DNA of 64,000 nt from Octopus sinensis (lineage: Eukaryota). Below the pieces are notes generated by a model. It did no database searches and was not told where the DNA came from. It worked only from the letters and a program-made list of their open reading frames with translations. Shown here piece by piece: positions 11,959-25,844 of this stretch (its first letter is position 1; each line of letters starts with the position of its first letter). Location: assembly GCF_006345805.1 (NCBI RefSeq), contig NC_043005.1, positions 106,702,001 to 106,766,000 of the forward strand, in the 5' to 3' direction. A program made the translations under genes and the position numbers.

Positions 11959-13245
11959 CGTATATATATATGTTTATATATATTATATATATATATATGT
12001 ATGTATGTATGAGTATATAAATATATATGTATGTATTTATACATATGCATACACATATATTCACATATATACATTTATATATACATATGCTTGTATACAT
12101 AATGATAGATAAGTACTATTTATATGCATACATATTTTTGCTGATATGCGTGCGTGCGTGTGTGTGTGTATGTGTGCGTGTATGTGTAATTATATGTACA
12201 CATACGCACATATGCAAATATACTACACTGACACATAGACAATGCTGGTTACAGTCTGAAATCAAATTGAAAATAATCGAAATCATTGCAGGAAATTGAA
12301 AAAATATTTCAATTGAAATCTGATAAAGAACTCTACGGTGATTACATAATTATCTTTGTCAAAGACAGAAGATGAATTTAGCTGCCGAAATCTTTCAATC
12401 TCAAAATTCTTCATTTGATTGAGGTTGATATTTTTAGGACTTATATTTAGTGGAAGGCGAGTTGGATACTTTTTTTTTTCTAATCTTCGTTCATTTATTT
12501 TTCATTTCTTCTTTTTTTAATGTCTCTTCTTTTTTTCTAATATTTCATCCAATTTCAGTTTTAATCTAGTTTAATTTATTTGGGTTGATATCATCTTTTG
12601 TGGGGGTCGGGGAGATCATATTTATTGATGTATCTCCATTGTTCCTATCCACTTCCAGCTTTTCTACCCCTTCTGCTTCACATCATCATTATCGTCGTCG
12701 TCATCTTCAACGATGTCTCTTTCCCTATTATCATTCCATTTTATATCAGTTTGTTTCACTCAGTTTATTTAATAATACTCCTTTGTCGTTGCCAGCATCG
12801 CCATCGTCCTCGCGACCCTTATCTTCATCATCATCATGGCCAAGTTTCTAATCATCATCATCGTCATCATAAGCTTTTCAAAAACATTGTCGAAGATGTC
12901 GTCGTCACCATCAACTTCATGGTCAATGTCATCAGTAGCTTAAACAACAATAATTTTGATGATGATGATGATGATGACGACGACGACGACGCAATTATGA
13001 CGATGATGACAATGATTTCTTTTATTATCCCAAGATGTTAGGGGGCTAATACAAGGACAAAATCCAAAAGAAAACAACGAGCAAGAACAAGCGGAAGGAT
13101 GATGACACCAAGTAAACGTGCGAAACAAAAAAGGGGACATCCGTAAATAAACAACAATAAAGGACAACAATAGCAAAGAAGAAAATAAGGAGAAAGAATC
13201 TCTACAAAAGGACATGGACACAACAACAACAGCAAAAGCAGCAGT

Positions 13246-13704
13246 GGAGGCGCAATGGCCCATTGTTTAGGGCAACGGACTCGCGATCGTAAGAACGCGG
13301 TTTCGATTCCCAGACCGGGCATTGTGAGTATTTATTGAACAAAAGCACCTAAGCTCCACGAGGCCCCAGTGGGGTGCTGAACCCCGTTGTACTCTTTCAC
13401 CATAACTTTCTCTCACTCTTTCTTCCTACTTCTGTCACAAAGCCGAGGAACCTATGTTGTGGTTAACTTTCAGACCCTCGTCTAGATTGCAAATCCTCTG
13501 TACCCCAGGATGGTTCAGCTCTCCACCCGTTAAAAGCCACCATTTACAGAATGAAGATAACAACGTAGCTTTCGCGCCCGTGCAACCGCCTGTCTATCGC
13601 GTGTGGTGGATGTGTCTTCAAGTTGCCACACGCATTCGTAGTAGCTTAGAGTAGGCTCCAATTAGAGATTATTCTTTGTGGCTAATGGCATGAGTCCTGA
13701 TTTG
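13246..13704 (+). mobile_element. tRNA-derived SINE type B with (GAA)n-type tail to ~13889
   Basis: Collinear with 2908-3385. Flanked by AGCAA(A/C)AGCAGCAGT, 15 bp with one mismatch (13231-13245 / 13890-13904). Confidence 0.9.
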
Positions 13705-14319
13705 AAGAAGAAGAAGAAGAAGAAGAAGAAGAAGAAGAATAAGAGGAGAGGAGAGAGAGGAACACGACGACGACGACGACGAGACGAAGAAGGAACAAAA
13801 AAGAAACAACGAAAAAGAAGAAGAAGAAGACGAAAAACGAAAGAAGAAGAAGAAGAAGAAGAAGAAGAAGAAGAAGATGAAGAAGAAGAAGCAACAGCAG
13901 CAGTAGCAACAACAACAGCAGCAGCAGCAGCGAAATAATAAGGGTTTCTGATTTACATAATAGAACAACAATTTGGGGATTTAATGATTGCTCCCCCCAA
14001 TATATAACTGATAGTTTCTTCTCTCGAGCCGGAAGGATGGGTGACAAAGATTCGTTCGGCAGGATCTATTTAGGCTTAACACGTTAAGAATCAAAACAAA
14101 TTCCGCAAAATATTTGCCGGGTCTAACGACTCTTCAAGACTGTCGCTCTGATGACGATAATTACTATTATAACGATGACGACGATCATGATGAAGATGAT
14201 GATGATGGTGGTGGTGGTGGTGATGATGATTCTAGAAGTGGTAGTTGTGGCGGCACTATGTTGATGACGCTGATTATGATAGAAATCGAAATAATGTTTT
14301 TCCTTCTTTCTATTTTTTC

Positions 14320-14702
14320 TACGCTAGGCACAAGGCTCGAAATTTTGGGGGAAAGAACAGCCGATTAGATCGAGCAGTATGCAAATGGTATATAACTTAT
14401 CAACCTCGAAAGGGTGAAAGGCAAAGTCGACCTCGGCGGAATTTGAACTGAGAACGTAGCGGCAAACAAAATACCTATTTCTTTACTACCCACAAGGAGC
14501 TAAACACAGAGAGGACAAACAAGGACAAACAAACGGATTAAGTCGATTACATCGACCTCAGTGCGTAACTGGTACTTTATTTATCGACCCCGAAAGGATG
14601 AAAGGCAAAGTCGACCTCGTCCGAATTTGAACTCAGAACGTAACGGCAGACGAAATACCGGTAAGCCCAGCGTGCTAATGCTTCTGCCAGCTCGCTGCCT
14701 TA
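14320..14702 (-). mobile_element. SINE type A dimer: full unit plus a 5'-truncated unit with the alternative tail
   Basis: Reverse complement of the type A head ends at 14702. Junction AAAGAAATAGGTATTT at ~14468-14485. The second unit ends in CCAAAATTTCGAGCCTTGTGCCTAG. Confidence 0.88.
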
Positions 14703-14886
14703 TAAAAAAACAATAAATGAATGAAAATAATAAAATAACAATAATGAAAATATTATTATTTTCGCGAATATTTTTCTTGAATAAAAGGCAACATTGTGAT
14801 ATATTGAACTTAAAACGGGACGTATCGGAACAATGACTGCAAGGAATTTTATCCGGCGCGCTTTTGATTCTGCCAATCTGCTGTCA

Positions 14887-14979
<93 letters not shown>

Positions 14980-15076
14980 GTCTGTCTGTCTGTCTGTCCG
15001 TCCGTCCGTCAGTCTGTCTGTCTATCCATCTATCAAACTTATCTATGTATCTATCTTATCTCTCTCTCTCTCTCTC

Positions 15077-15120
<44 letters not shown>

Positions 15121-15445
15121 AATCAAGTGACCGACAAGACCATCAGATGTTGTTACACATCGCTGGTCACAATGCGTTCGCATTGTTTTAGCCTTCGAAT
15201 GATGCCACCCCGCTGGCTAAGCGAACAGGCCAATATATATACATATCTGTAAATGTAATATGTGACAATTATTCGGTGGCCATGATAAAACTCCGAGTTT
15301 CGGATGCCAGCGTGGCAATCCACGCCGCATCTCTTCAGTTATCTGACCATTGGAAAAAATGCTATGAAAATGACCGTTAAACAAAGGGAAATTGCTGTGT
15401 GATTGACCGTTATTAAGACAAAAGAGATATTTGAATGACCGCCAA

Positions 15446-15582
15446 GTGAAGGGAGGGAGTAAAAGTAAGGGGGTAAAAAGGTTCATAGTATTCGCGTAAG
15501 CGCGCATGTTCATACCTACACATGCGCGCTTACGCGAATACTATGAACATTTTACCCCCTTATTTTTACACCTTCCCCTCAC
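15446..15582. mobile_element. 137-bp palindromic MITE-like element
   Basis: Perfect 29-bp inner arms (15481-15509 / 15520-15548), 10-nt loop, imperfect outer arms out to GTGA...TCAC; flanks CAA / TAA. Confidence 0.7.
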
Positions 15583-16103
15583 TAAGCATTTTGCCCGGCA
15601 TGCTAACGATTCTCCCAGCCCGCTACCTTATTGCTTCGACATATTGAAAAAGTATATTGGTTGTGAAACATGTTATATGTGTAATATTTTCTCTTCGTGT
15701 ATTAAATAGAATAATCGTATTGTTGAACTATAAATAAAAAAATAAAAAATATAGTATCATCATAGAGTGTAAAACAAAATAAATCTATAATGTGGAAAAG
15801 AAGTTGCTTAATCAGTTTGTAGTTTGATATTTCTTAAAAGTAAGCAACAAGAATGTCTACAAGAATTGACTAACTCCAGTCATTTATTCATAAGTGTTTG
15901 AAACAATGTTATACATCTCCGTGAGATATAAATCATAACTTTTGGAAACATTAATATAAAAGTACTCGAGTTTTATATTGGTCAGGTTTAGCTGAAAATT
16001 CTAGCACATTTTTGTGTGAGGTAGTAAGATATTTCTCTGAGTTGCGAATGTTGCAAGAATCTTTTTATTAAAGGATTAACAATAATCTCAGTGTAACTTG
16101 TAG

Positions 16104-16178
16104 TACCTCTGTTATCTTCAAGAGCGGCATCTGCTCGATAATCTAATGCTTGAGAGAGATACATTCTTGAGCAATCAG
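16104..16178 (+). CDS. Putative exon (YLCYLQERHLLDNLMLERDTFLSNQ)
   Basis: ttgtag| ... CAG|gtattt; 75 bp, phase 0-0, compatible with 11191 and 20239. A 98-aa ORF overlaps on the minus strand, so the strand is not certain. Confidence 0.35.
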
Positions 16179-16889
16179 GTATTTGGGCGGTCGAACATGT
16201 GAATAAAAGGAAAAACGCCGTTTGTTCGCACTGAAAATATTTCTTCTGTTTATAGTTTCTATAACAATTAAGTTTTTGGTGCAAATGTAGCTTACCTTAA
16301 TAATAGTTTTTCGATCTGAGATTCATGACTTCACATAATTGCATTTTTCTAATTCAGGGAAAATTAATTCCATATTTTCAGCGTTACATGATTATCGGCT
16401 GTTAATAATGAAAACAATAAACGGTTGTATAATGAATGCTATTATGAAAGTTCATCAACATACTGGAAGTTGTTTTGGTCTCTTGGGAATCACTTATATA
16501 TTCAGGCAAATGTTTACACCATCCGATGAACATTTAAATGACGCAGAGGATTGTAACATATAATCTCATGATTTATAATTTGGACACTTAGGAATATGTC
16601 TTCACTATGCAGTGTTCTTTGGTTGAATATACAGTATATTAATGTGCTATAACAATAAAGTAAGGAGCATTGTAAAAGGATCGCACATCAGAGCGTATCA
16701 AATAGATATATATTCTTTGTTACTTACTCAGTATTTTAAAACTATTTCGAGATGGTTGGAATTTGTCTGTATTTAGCAACAATTAAAATCTAAGTATTTA
16801 GAATTTTAATATTTAGAAATTTAATATTTCTAATTTTGGTTATCAGTGAATATACTTCACTGGAAAAAAATATATATGTTTACAAAGTC

Positions 16890-17140
16890 TAGACAGGTAT
16901 CTTCAGCTGCAGGCCATGCTACTCCAGACTGATGACGAGCAAGACTCAGAAACATGTCTCTGACTGCAAGCCTAGCTGTTGGGGGTGCTTGTCTCCCCTT
17001 TGTAAATATAAGGACACAGGAAATGTGTCAAGGCCGACAGGAAGCGTTGATGCTTCCTAGGGCTAAATAGTGGTGGTGTGATTCCGTGATGCCCTTTATG
17101 GGACTGTCACGTTAAGTTGACAGTATACAACTGCTCAAAA
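16890..17140 (+). mobile_element. Penelope-like terminal repeat containing a hammerhead-like motif
   Basis: GC-richer island containing CTGATGA...GAAACATGTC; hammerheads are an established feature of Penelope-like element terminal repeats. Confidence 0.5.
16904..16978 (+). ncRNA. Candidate type I minimal hammerhead ribozyme
   Basis: CAGA-CTGATGA(16929-35)-cGAGcaagaCTCa-GAAAC(16949-53)-AT-GTC(16956-58)-TCTG. Stem I can extend through AGGC/GCCT and CAGCT/AGCTG. The base of stem II is C.A instead of G-C. Confidence 0.5.
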
Positions 17141-18459
17141 TCTAAGTAATTTTCAAGAAATTGGCTTTATTAAATTCTTATCAACTAAATAACTCTCAGT
17201 ATGTTCATAAACTCTTTGCTGATAGCATCCGCTGTGCAGCCTTTTATAGTTTCTATTGTTAACAGTTTATTGTCATGTAACTCCGAGCATCGAAGAGAAA
17301 AATTTCCTTGAGTTAAGTTTTAAGATTCTGTGAAGTTAGAAATGTCAACTCCACTGTAAGATCAAATAGATACCGGAAACAGTACCCGGAAGTTACCTTT
17401 AATAAAAAAAAATGTAAGCTTTAAGAAAAGACAGCTGAGACCTGGCGTGGACGATGATGATGATGTCACATGACATTAGGAGTCGAAACATAAGCACGTA
17501 GACCTGTAGATGAATGAAGCAGTGAAACAGATTAAATATATGATTTCGCTAATTTTTCAGTTATCTAAACTTTGAAAAAGAATCTTTAAGATACTTTGGA
17601 AAACTATGGTTTCAAGGAAGAGGTGAATAAAAACACCTGGTGCTTTAGAAAATAAAAGCAATTCGACATCGATCTTATGTGCGTACATTGCTCTCTTTAC
17701 TACGTGAGCGGAATTTCGCAAAGATCTGTTTAATCCTAAAAGATCAGTTGAAAATGACGGAACTAAAATTTCAACGATTTAAAGAAGACCTGAGACAGAC
17801 AAATAGTCCACAGTAAGGAGAAAAGTCTATTTTCCTGAAAAATATCCCTGCCTTTTAGGTAAAAATGGAAGAATCAATAGGCATATTATTGATTTTTCAT
17901 GATCTTTATTCATCTGCATCACTGTCCGTTATGATTTCTATGTCCATAACAGCACACAACTTCGACTATAAACTTCTATCATTTTAAAATGAAAACAATT
18001 GTTACGTACTTAGAACTGAAGATTGCTATCTGACATTTATTCTCTAATGTACGTTGTTCATATATACAAACATGCCACGTGCAAACACACGCACACGTAC
18101 GCAAATACACACACGCACACGTACACAAACACGCACACGCACACGTATTGTAATTCTCACCATTCCTATAATGACATACTTCGCAAATGATAACCTCAGT
18201 TTTATATACGTATAAACACATATAACAAAATGGCATGAAAAAGTGAACTCATGAATAATCGAAAAAACGTGAACATGTAAAATATAAATATCATATCTAT
18301 TAATCTCGATTTTGAACTAAGCGATGTTTACGGCCAGTTACAATTTCTCCTTCCTACGTATCGATTACTGTAAAAGAGAGAGTTATGGTTGAAAACAGAA
18401 GTCTTAACACACACACACATACACACATTATACATACATGCATACATAGATACATACTA

Positions 18460-18490
<31 letters not shown>

Positions 18491-18592
18491 GTATATATAT
18501 ATACATATATATATGTATATATATACATATATATATGTATATACATATATATATATATATACATATATATTATATATATTATATATAATATA

Positions 18593-18633
<41 letters not shown>

Positions 18634-18649
18634 CATTATATATAATATC

Positions 18650-18680
<31 letters not shown>

Positions 18681-19706
18681 ATGTATCAACGGTATTCTAA
18701 TCGATTTTTCCATAAGTGTATTTTTTACTTCAGTCGAAAGCTGATTATTCTTTATTCATACACTCTGTTTCTTTGTCATTGAGCTCTTTGACTGTCGCAA
18801 CAAGGAAGACATATATTGTGTGTGTATGTATGTATAAATACACACTTAGGCGCATATATCTATATCTATATCTATATATATATATCTATATCTATATATA
18901 TATATATGCATGTGCGTGCATTCATACATATAAAGATATATATACATACATACATGTAAACATACATACACATATATATGCATACGCGTATACAAAAATG
19001 TATCTGAATACATACATCTATGCATCTAAATATATACATACATACATACTAGAAAAGATTACAGATTGCTATACATCTTACGTAGAGGACCACGCTATTC
19101 TGGACAACGTTGTCTTGGTGCCAGGCATAGCGATTTTTTCCACTTGACTTTCAGTGACTCAAAGCAAAAAGTTTTTATTTCAATCGTTCAGAATCAAATT
19201 GAGTATAAAAATATGAGAACCTTGTAAAAATGAACCTAACATCAATCTTGTGCAAATTTATTGAGTTGTTTTAGATGTCAGTTTGAAAGAAAAACAGTCA
19301 CCAACAGGTCAAATAATGTTTTTGTTGTTGCTGCTTTTTTGCTGTTGTTGTTGGTTTTTGTTTTTCTTAAATATAATACTGTTTTTGCTGTTAAAAAAGG
19401 AAGGAAAAATATTGGGAAAAACATGTGAGAATGGTATACTGACGATATATATTAGTCGCAGAATCTATCTCTCTGCTTATCTCTCAGTGTCACTCTCTCT
19501 TCGTTTCTGTATATATGTTTGGCCGAGTATACATATATAGATAGGCAGATACATACATAAAACATATATGTATGTATGTATATATGTATATATATATCCG
19601 ATATACACAAGCAAATATGAATATATATATGTAATTGTGTATGTTCATATGTATCTATATTCCTTCCATATTATTCTGCCTGCAGTCTGCCAAGGGTATT
19701 TGTATC

Positions 19707-19776
<70 letters not shown>

Positions 19777-19960
19777 TACATATACATAAATACATAAATA
19801 CACACACACATATATATATATATAATATAGATACAAATATGCGTATATATACGTATATGTTTATATATATGTGTGTTTACACACGTACACATACCTACAC
19901 ACGACTATCCACACAGGCTTAGAACCTGCAGTTAAAGACAAACACACATACAAGCACATA

Positions 19961-19999
<39 letters not shown>

Positions 20000-20238
20000 A
20001 CTTACACATATACTTACACACACACATACACACATACCTGCACACAGATCGGATATATACTTGTACGTGTATATGCCTATACGAGCGTGTAAGAGGTGAG
20101 GAGAAAATGATTGTCACTTCAGAACAAACAATTGACCGTCATTGACCATTTTATCGATGTTCGCCTTAGCCTATCGATTTTGCTTCAAAATCATGGCCGT
20201 ATGAAGACGACCATTGAAAAACATTCCGCCATTGGTAG

Positions 20239-20322
20239 ATGATGTGTGAAATTACAGATCCATCATTCATCAATAGCGTTGTTGTAGTGGCTGCTGAACA
20301 GACTAGGAAACTGGGAACATAC
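20239..20322 (+). CDS. Putative exon ([28 protein letters not shown])
   Basis: Strong donor TAC|gtaagt; acceptor ggtag| (alternative ttacag| at 20258); open frame, phase 0-0. Confidence 0.45.
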
Positions 20323-20409
20323 GTAAGTATGTGTTTCTGTGTACTTATCTAAATACATATAGGCATACGTGCAAAACTACCTACACTACCTACACACCTA
20401 CCTATATAT

Positions 20410-20550
<141 letters not shown>

Positions 20551-20880
20551 GTATATATATGTATATATATATATATATATATAATATATATATATGTATA
20601 TATAAATACACATATACATATACGTATACATAGTTATATATATATATTCATGTATGTATATTCATGAATGTATATCTGTGTGTCTGTGTGATGATATGCG
20701 GAAACATTTACTTACACATGCATTAATGTATACGAACCATTTTATATGTCTGTGTATATGTGTAGGTGTCTGCATATTCTTGTTTATATGAGTCTAACTC
20801 AGTGTGTCAGCTTGTGAGTGTGTAATTCTCTTTCCCTCCATGTGAGTGTGTGTGTATGTGTGTGTGGGTGAGCGTGTGTG

Positions 20881-20918
<38 letters not shown>

Positions 20919-21119
20919 AGAGGGACTGAGTGAACTAGAGAGAGTGAGATATAGGCAGAAAAGTTTTAACTTTGACAAACCATATCTCCAGTTGTACAAC
21001 AGACTTTTGACAGAATCCTTTTAAAATTGTTAGTTGTAGTTTTAAGAATTGCAGTTGAAGTAGTTGTTTTGTAGATGTAATTGTTCCTGTAGTAGTAGTA
21101 GTAGTAGTAGTAGTAGTAA

Positions 21120-21158
<39 letters not shown>

Positions 21159-21876
21159 AGGTTGTTGTTGTTGTTGTTATTCAGGCATTTTAGTATGTTT
21201 TTGTTTTTTTGTCGTTTATAATTATGTCACCAATCATCTCTGCTTGAGTTCATCAGCGGCACGGAAGTAAACAATTACATATTTCAGACGGAACCAGCAT
21301 CTCATTGACGTCATGCTTTTTCCCTTCATCTGAGATCGTTGTTTTGATGCTAGCTAAAGAGAAGCAAATGGTCTGGGCTGGATGGCTTTGGTGGTATGTT
21401 ACAAAACAAGGAGAGGAAATAACTGATGCTCACTTTCAGATTATGAATATTCTTCAAAGTCACAATATGTTTAAACCAAAACGGTATAACCCTTAGATAA
21501 AATAGATGCCTTATATTATTTTGTTGCTGTTTTTCTTTTGTATATTTTGAACTCATCCCTAAAGGAACCGAAATTATATACCTATGAATTCAAACGGGCT
21601 GGTAGAAATAACAGTGACTCCAACCGCTACTACAAACTTCCGCCTTCAATTTTGAAAGAATACTTAAGGATAATTCAGTCCTATTTGCTACAAAAGAAGA
21701 CGGGATGATTAAAGTTGGCAAACTGTGGGTCATAGGTCAACAGAATTTCAGCAAAACTGGGGGTAAACAGTAGAAGACACACATGCACGCCCACATACAC
21801 ACTCCACAATATTCGTTTACTCGTTTATGCGACGTTCCAAAATCTCTAAGGCTGTTCCCATGCTGGAGCAGCGCTA

Positions 21877-21921
<45 letters not shown>

Positions 21922-21947
21922 TATATAAAATAGAAATAATATATATG

Positions 21948-21978
<31 letters not shown>

Positions 21979-21989
21979 ATATATATATG

Positions 21990-22070
<81 letters not shown>

Positions 22071-22756
22071 TATATATATATATATTATATATATATATAT
22101 ATGCATATATGGGTACAGGACGTCACCAACTGTGTAAACAACATGAAATACGTAAATAAATGAGTTAAGTATGCACCGAGAAAAAAGGAAAACAGGACAA
22201 GTAAACACAGAGAAATGACCCTTCGTCAGTTGTCGGCTGTCTGTCTACTCTTCATTTCAAGCAGTCAACGACAATATGAGTCTTCAAAGACAGCTGCTCC
22301 CATAAAATCTAAAATAAAATTTAGGATTTATGGAAGTCAAAGTTGGGAACAAAAATAGGACAATGGAAACATACAAGGAAACCGAACGAAAACAAACATG
22401 GAGGGTCGTTACACCGGAATGAGGGTAAAATAGTGAACGCTGAGAGAAATATTTCTTTGAAAAGAGAAAAGATAGAAAGATAGAGAGAAAAAACGTCCAG
22501 TCGTTTCAACATGCGGGCAGGAAGACAAAGATGGTCACGTGAGGAAAAGAAGGATGGACGATGATCACATGTAAGCAACTAGAGAGGGAAAAGAGAAAGA
22601 GGGGGGAAATAGTGATAGAAAACTGTGAAAGAGGGAATGGGAGAAAAAGGGGATTAGAGAAGAGGAAGGAAACAGTATAGAGTGGAGTCGCATTAAAAAG
22701 GTGAAGATAAACTTACTTGGAAATGGATGCGTGGCGTTCAATTAAATAATGATACA

Positions 22757-22800
<44 letters not shown>

Positions 22801-23349
22801 GTATATATATGGGTATATATATACACACATACATATATATATATATATGTGTGTATTTCATCATGATGAACATACACATTTTTTTACTTATTATATATTG
22901 ATTATTCATGTTTGTACTTTTTGTGATCTAGTTATATGTTTTAAAAAATATGTTATTTTTTATTTATGATATGGTTTACGTCTATCATTGTTTGAATTGC
23001 ATAATAGGGGTCTTTCTCTAATTTATATGATATATATATATATATATGCACTCTTTATTATTTTACTTCTGTTTCGCCTCTTTCAGCTATTGGTGGGGTA
23101 AACACTTGGAAAACCTTCATTCAATTAAGTTCGTCCCAGTATATAATTTTAGTCTCTTCGTTGCCGATCTGCTTTGTATCAGGGACGTAAACCAGCTTAT
23201 TCCTGTTGTCAGATGATGGCAGACAAACACAGAAATACATATATATGTACACACGACGGGCCTCAGCCCAGTTGTCATTAACCAAATTCTTTTACAGTCA
23301 GCGCGTTTCACAGTAGAAGACGATCAAGCGGTTGTGCAATGGATGGCTT

Positions 23350-24086
23350 CGAGGCGCTTCCAGTAGGTTTCGTCTTAGACTTTTGTAAGTTTGCTATATC
23401 CTTACTATACCTTAAAAAATATGATCTGCCAACCTTTGTTATTCTACATTGAAGGAGAAAGTTGTTACGGAACTCTAAACACAACCAACTAAAAACTACA
23501 TGTCTATGGATGAACTTTTCGCTGGCAAAATAAGTTTCATGGATGGTAGAGAGGAGGTGAGAGACGATGAGACGAGTGAGACGTTGTGGGACATCAGAAC
23601 ACCAGAGCTGGATGAAAGCCATCGTATGTCTATAAAGAAAATATGCACAGAGTTTGAAGTTGGTGTGGCAAGTGCAGATAATTATTCACGAAGATCTGAA
23701 CATGCACAAAATTAGTGCAAAGTTTGTTCCCAGGCCACTCAGTGACGACCGCCATGAAAACCAAGCACTTGCCGTAGACGGGCATCAAAATTTTCCCATA
23801 TCCTACCTTCAATTAAGCTCTTTCTTCTTGGGAGTTTTGGTTCTTGCCCAAGCTGATGGAGAACCTAAGGGGCAGTGGTTTTGAATAAACGAAGAAAGCT
23901 GTGCCAAAGGTCCTGGACATCTTCAGTCTGAGTGAATTCCATGGGACATTCATGAAAAGGCTGGAGCGCTACAACAAAAGCATTGAAATCAGAGGATCGT
24001 ACTTTAAAGGAGAGTTGTTTTGTACTTCTTTGAAATTAGCGAAGGACTATTTTTAAAAAGTCTGAAAACATCTGGAATGCACCTTG
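23350..24086 (+). mobile_element. Internally deleted mariner element with both degenerate TIRs
   Basis: DGREEVRDDE; QIIIHEDLNMHKISAKFVPRPLSDD (mariner WVPRxL-like linker); C-terminal FMKRLERYNKSIEIRGSYFKG. Left CGAGGCGCTTCCAGTAGGTTTC resembles the reverse complement of right GAAAACATCTGGAATGCACCTTG. Confidence 0.8.
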
Positions 24087-24780
24087 CTTGTTTTGGGAAG
24101 GTATACTTCTTCACCAAACGGTTAACAATCCCTTAACCCTGCAGACATACGTGTTTATGTATGAATGTTTCTATGCATTTGTTTGTATCTTACCGTCTCC
24201 AGCGAAGGTGAAAAACGAAGTTTACTTAAGTGAAAAGCTAAGTGATATTTGAACGCAGAACCTAAAGAAGAGCTACAAAACACCAAAAGAGATCTTCATC
24301 CGGTGTTCTGCCGGTTCTGCTAAGCTATTGATAATAACAAAACAACGGACGGATAAAGTGTACTTACTCACTGTATGACTGCCATGAATCAACATGAAAT
24401 ATTCCGTTTATGTTACATTCCGTTCCTTTATAGTTTTTATTACATCTGAATAGTGTTTTTGTTGGCGTTACTGTTGTTGTTGTTGTCTAATGTATTCGTA
24501 TCTGTTGTTTTAGATAATACTAAATCTGTTTAAGCAGTCCTATTATTTATCGAGTGTTTATCCTATAGACGGCATATTCGGTTTTTTATTTTGTTCTTCA
24601 GATCTGGTTTGCAACGACATTGATGCGCACTTGCAGATGAACGCATGCGGACTTGTATATGAATTCGTATTTATACACATACACATATATATACACACAC
24701 ATATACACAAACATATATACATATAAATATATATATATATATGTATCTATATATATGTGTTATATATATATATATATATA

Positions 24781-24927
<147 letters not shown>

Positions 24928-25272
24928 ATAATTATTTATTTCCGTCGATATGTGCTTGTTTGCTGACTTCTGTTTATTGTAATATGTATGTGCTTGTACA
25001 CGAGTATGAGCAAAGAAAAGAATGATTCGGCAAAGATAGCCATGTTTTTATAAGAATAGAAACATAGCTTTATAAACACGATATATATATATATATGTAT
25101 ATGCCAACATATACATACATGCATAACGTATTGATATATCTGCATCTCTCTTCTCTATCTCTTTCACTTTCTATGTATGTGTGTGTATACATGCATACAT
25201 ACATACATACATACACACATACATATATATATATACATATATACACATATATATATGTATATATATATCTGT

Positions 25273-25505
25273 TAAGGCGGCGAGCTGGTAGAAACGTTAG
25301 CACGCCGGGCGAGATTCGTAGCCGTAATTCGTCTGTCGTTACGTTCCGAGTTCAAATTCCGCCGAGGTCGACTTTGCCTTTCATCCTTCGGGGTCGATAA
25401 ATTAAGTACCAGTACCGCACTGGGGTCGATGTAGTCGACTTAATCCCTTTGTCTGTCCTTGTTTGTCCCCTCTGTGTTTAGCCCCTTGTGGGTAGTAAAG
25501 AAATA
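25273..25505 (+). mobile_element. tRNA-derived SINE type A
   Basis: Full head, core and tail; ATATATATCTGT on both sides. Confidence 0.92.
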
Positions 25506-25808
25506 TATATATATCTGTATATATATATATGTGTATGTATATATGTATGCATATATATATACATATCTATATCTATAATATATATATATAATATATATCA
25601 TATATACATACATAAATACATACATGCATACATACTACATACATACATACATACATACATACATACATACTACATACATACATACATACTACATACATAC
25701 ATACATACATACATACATACATACATACATACATACATACTACATACATACATACATACATACATACATACATACATACATACATACATACATACATACA
25801 TACATACA

Positions 25809-25844
<36 letters not shown>

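Noticed and set aside
21288-21393. Plus-strand exon candidates here and at 35301-35370, 38461-38507 and 59685-59751
   Set aside because: Splice-like ends exist, but the phases are not needed by, or conflict with, the main chain; indistinguishable from chance without RNA data.
22200-22260. Minus-strand CTGACGAAGGG hammerhead half
   Set aside because: No downstream GAAA box.
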